A DNA stretch of 64,000 nucleotides from Lepidodermella squamata. Its lineage: Eukaryota > Animalia > Gastrotricha. The DNA lies in contig JBLDXI010000021.1 of the NCBI GenBank assembly GCA_047495785.1, forward strand, positions 806,001 through 870,000, written 5' to 3'. The position numbers and the translations under genes are program-made. Shown here piece after piece: positions 60,838 through 64,000 of this stretch; within the stretch, counting starts at the first letter, position 1, and every line of letters starts with the position of its first letter. The notes beneath the pieces are model-generated. The model made no database searches and was not told the origin of the DNA. It was given only the letters and a program-made list of their open reading frames with translations.

Positions 60838-62345
60838 AGACGGGAAGAACTTCAAAAAAGCTAACTAGGATCCCGCGAATTTTCGACTTTCGCATTCTCT
60901 CTCTCTCTCTCTCTTCTCTCTCGCTCTCTGTCTTATTCGGTTTCAATAAGTTATTTCACGACAAGAGATACCTAAAAGCAGTGTAAAAAAAGATGGAAAA
61001 ATTATTGATGGAAGAAAGTGTAAAACACGAGCTCCAGTTTTTACAAGAAGGAGTGTGATCCGTTTATTACTATATCGCGCCGTGGTGTCCATCATCTTTT
61101 GCGAAAAGCCAATAACGCTGTGACGTGTGTATTTTTTCTACGATGATTTCTTCGTTTGTTTTTTGCGTATCTTCTTCCTACTACTACTTCTAATATAGTT
61201 ATTGTTTCAACAATTTTAATAACGTAGTTTTACAAATTTAGCCGACTATAGCCTTAACGACTTCGTTTAGAATGTCTCTAAAACTACTCGAATATTATTG
61301 AAATAACTTGCTGGCATTTATTGTCTAGTCACTGCGCTACAAATAACTCATCAGCATAGTTGCGGCATAACAAACAAAAACGAATCGCTCAATTTTGACT
61401 CAATTTTTACACACTCATCGATATATAGGACATGATGATTTCGCTCATAATACTAATATTGACTCCTACCTCGTTCTCAAATTTAATAGCAACAAGCCAT
61501 TTGCATTTTATTGTTGAGCTTTTGTGTTTTGTAACATTCTACAACGTCATTTTTCTAATTGGCGCGAGCGTGTAAAATACTACTGAGTGAATGAATATGA
61601 GACATCTGATCGCCAATTTCAAGAAGGGAGGTGCGCTTTCTGCAGATCGATTTCAATCGGCGATAATGTGAACACACCTCTTCACGAACGCGTCTTTGCT
61701 GAGAAAATTTATAAAACAGACAAAAATTAGCGTTTTGGTTGGGTGTTCTTTCTCGCGCGATGATATAATATTTAAAAGTATGATTTTTGATAAAAATGTA
61801 AGGCAACACGTCACATCTTACAAGACAAGAAAAAAATACAGAACATCTTGGCATAAACATTTTAATTCGTCGATCTTCTCCGTTATAAATTATATATATA
61901 TTATATATATTATTAATTATTCGATTGTACATAACAAAGTTATACATGATAACATTGTACACAAATAACCGATTCTGCTCGCGCGCTATTTGAATTTCTT
62001 TAAAAAAGTTGAAAAAAACTTCTCAGGGCAGTAAAAAAGTGAATGTTGTTTCGATAAATGGTTGTGTCTTTTTTCACCGATCGATACGCCACCGTGCGTG
62101 ACACGTTGCGGCGGAGAGCAATAATGACATATCATTTTTCAGCCAGCACACGGCGATGATTTTTCACAGCAGGTGCAATATCGAGGAAGTGAGCCTAGCA
62201 GGTGTTATTGAAAGTAGGAGTCAAGTTCAATCACTTTTTTCATATATAATTCAAGCACGCAAGCCATCGGTACACGTCGCAGAACTACTCTGTTACGATT
62301 AGATTAAACAACGACGCATGCAAGTGAAAGCATGACAGCGCCTAG

Positions 62346-63232
62346 ATGAAAAAATTCCCCGCAATGCAGCCAAACTCGCTGCCCAGAATCCTAGGGGTTC
62401 AGACGACCGAGCTTTCCGAGGACACGTCTCCCATGGGTCGTCGGAGAATGCATGCCCAACTACCTCCTAACAGCCTACTTTCAAATAACCACCCCGAGCC
62501 GATGCATTTGAAACCCGTCAATCTTGAACTTAGCGCTGTTACGTCGGTAAAAATCGTCAATTCAAAACTGCCAGATCATCCCACATCGATATCGCCTACC
62601 TTGGACTTGTCAGCGATGACCAAACTCAATTCAGATCACCCGCCACCCAAGTCATCAAAACATTTTGTAGAACAAGGTAGGCTTTTTTACCCCTGAAACG
62701 AATCGCAAAAATCACGATTAACTTAGATGATTTGATAAATCCTGATAGTCGCCAATCTCCGCCACCATTCATCTCTTCGGTAACCCCTAAAATGCAGGGC
62801 TTGGTGTGGGGTTCAGGTGGGTTTCCAGCCCGTTTGAAACCAGCTCGAGTTAAGCGCCAAACTCATAGCGGGAGACCTCAAGAAAACTCATTTAGCGACA
62901 ACCTCCGTCCGCTCGAGCCGAAATTATTCGATTTTAATGTACCCGGTTACGCTGGTAATGATAACGTGAATGACGAGATCGACGATTTGGAGGAGCAAAA
63001 TCCTACTGGACCTTTAAGTTGGCTGCGACTGGACGACGACGACAACACGAATTTATTCGGCAAGAGTCAACCGCAACCGGCTCCTCCACCAACCACTGTT
63101 AATAATAACAATAGGACAACCCACGTCATTGACTACCTTGATACTCAACCTGCACCTTCTAGCCGACGAACGGCGGGATCACCTCGAACGACGAACAATA
63201 TAGAATCATTGGACGCACTCAATTTCACCCGG
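62346..63232 (+). CDS. 5' part of an unidentified Pro/Ser/Asn-rich gene (probably continues past the window)
   Basis: Two adjacent ORFs separated by a ~50-nt GT-AG intron-like segment, with a GTATGT donor near 63233; no recognisable domain. Confidence 0.4.
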
Positions 63233-63714
63233 GTATGTTTTAGGTTTTTGGCTGTGAAACATCGAAACCGTAAATTTAGGGTTCCAACACTAGATTCTCC
63301 CGTAACAATGTTTTTTTCATGTTCGATGTCTTTCTAAATCGAAATATGATGCTCGATAGGTCTCAGTATCACGCGTATTTTGGCCTATGAGCGGTCAGTT
63401 AAAAAATTATAAGTATTCAGCCTGCAGAGGTGATATCGATTCCAAGCATCGATTCTAGAAATCAGTGATTTTTCTGATGTCAGTCGTGAAGTTGAACAAT
63501 TTTCTACTTAGCTACTTAGCTTAAAAATCCCAGGGTCGTGGGGCAAGTGGGGCATCAGTATAGTTCAAAAAAATAAAAAGCTGGAATCCCAAAGAATCGA
63601 AACAATTTAGGGACAAAATACTTTAATTTAGCGCTGTATGGCCTCAATTTAGAAGTACAACTATGTAGCTTTATCATGTTGTCTAATTTTCGTCTAAATT
63701 TGCAACAACAATAA

Positions 63715-64000
63715 TGCACTGTGCTGCGAAAAGGGCGAAGCAAGTTCGACTGCCTCTTACATGAAATGTTGTTTATAGCGAGGTACAACCCCGATCTAAA
63801 CACCCAGAAGGATTCAATTAAGGCGAAACTATTTAAATAGATTAATCTGTCTTGTTGTAGCCTCTTTTCAAATTATACTCTAATTTTTGTTGTTGTTGTT
63901 GTCTAGTTTTAAACCGCTTTCTATCTTGATGTCTTATAGATTTCTTTAATGTCTGAAGATGACGTCAGATGACGTCGAAACGTCACAATCTCAAATAAAA
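63715..64000 (+). mobile_element. Penelope-like retroelement 3' fragment (GIY-YIG endonuclease C-terminus plus 3' UTR)
   Basis: 63715-63840 translates to CTVLRKGRSKFDCLLHEMLFIARYNPDLNTQKDSIKAKLFK*, the E..FI....P.LN.Q motif of PLE GIY-YIG domains; followed by a T-rich tract, a hammerhead motif and AATAAA. Confidence 0.8.
63950..63987 (+). ncRNA. Minimal type I hammerhead ribozyme motif
   Basis: tgt-CTGAAGA-t-gacgtc-agat-gacgtc-GAAAC-GTC-aca: core boxes intact, stem II present, palindromic minimal stem III, predicted cleavage after C63984. Confidence 0.75.

Noticed and set aside
1-64000. CRISPR arrays, rRNA, tRNA or prokaryotic systems
   Set aside because: The sequence is eukaryotic with spliceosomal introns; no repeat-spacer array, rRNA or tRNA was recognised by eye.

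Overview
Gene-dense window of a compact animal genome, probably a spiralian invertebrate; the taxon cannot be fixed from sequence alone. Introns are GT-AG and mostly ~45-70 nt. About 20 protein-coding genes are recognisable: multi-repeat beta-thymosin, TTC33, MPHOSPH9, POLD4, a catalytically degenerate HARBI1-like gene next to a Myb/SANT-like gene, TMEM242, PARG, COMTD1-like O-methyltransferase, ASTE1, a secreted chitin-binding/LamG/pseudo-protease protein, two histidine acid phosphatases, DDX19, two tandem HPRTs, a B3GAT, EMG1, DRG1, PES1 and an Ig-superfamily membrane protein. Main unexplained structure: (1) one HPRT has two 77-nt mutually exclusive exons for the purine-binding segment, with a perfect 14-bp intronic inverted repeat that could loop one of them out; (2) same-strand genes ~60-440 bp apart, each with an apparently unpaired AG acceptor just before the ATG, which suggests SL trans-spliced operons; (3) a likely co-domesticated PIF/Harbinger transposase plus Myb pair; (4) an unannotated multi-exon non-coding transcript behind DDX19 whose introns carry H/ACA-like RNAs paralogous to one in DDX19's last intron. 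Mobile-element traces are a decayed fusion-glycoprotein-like ORF and an F-box fragment in a 4.5-kb TMEM242 intron, a Tc2/pogo-type MITE, and a Penelope-like 3' end with a minimal hammerhead ribozyme. Gene identities come from recalled motif similarity and exon boundaries were read by eye; no database searches were run.
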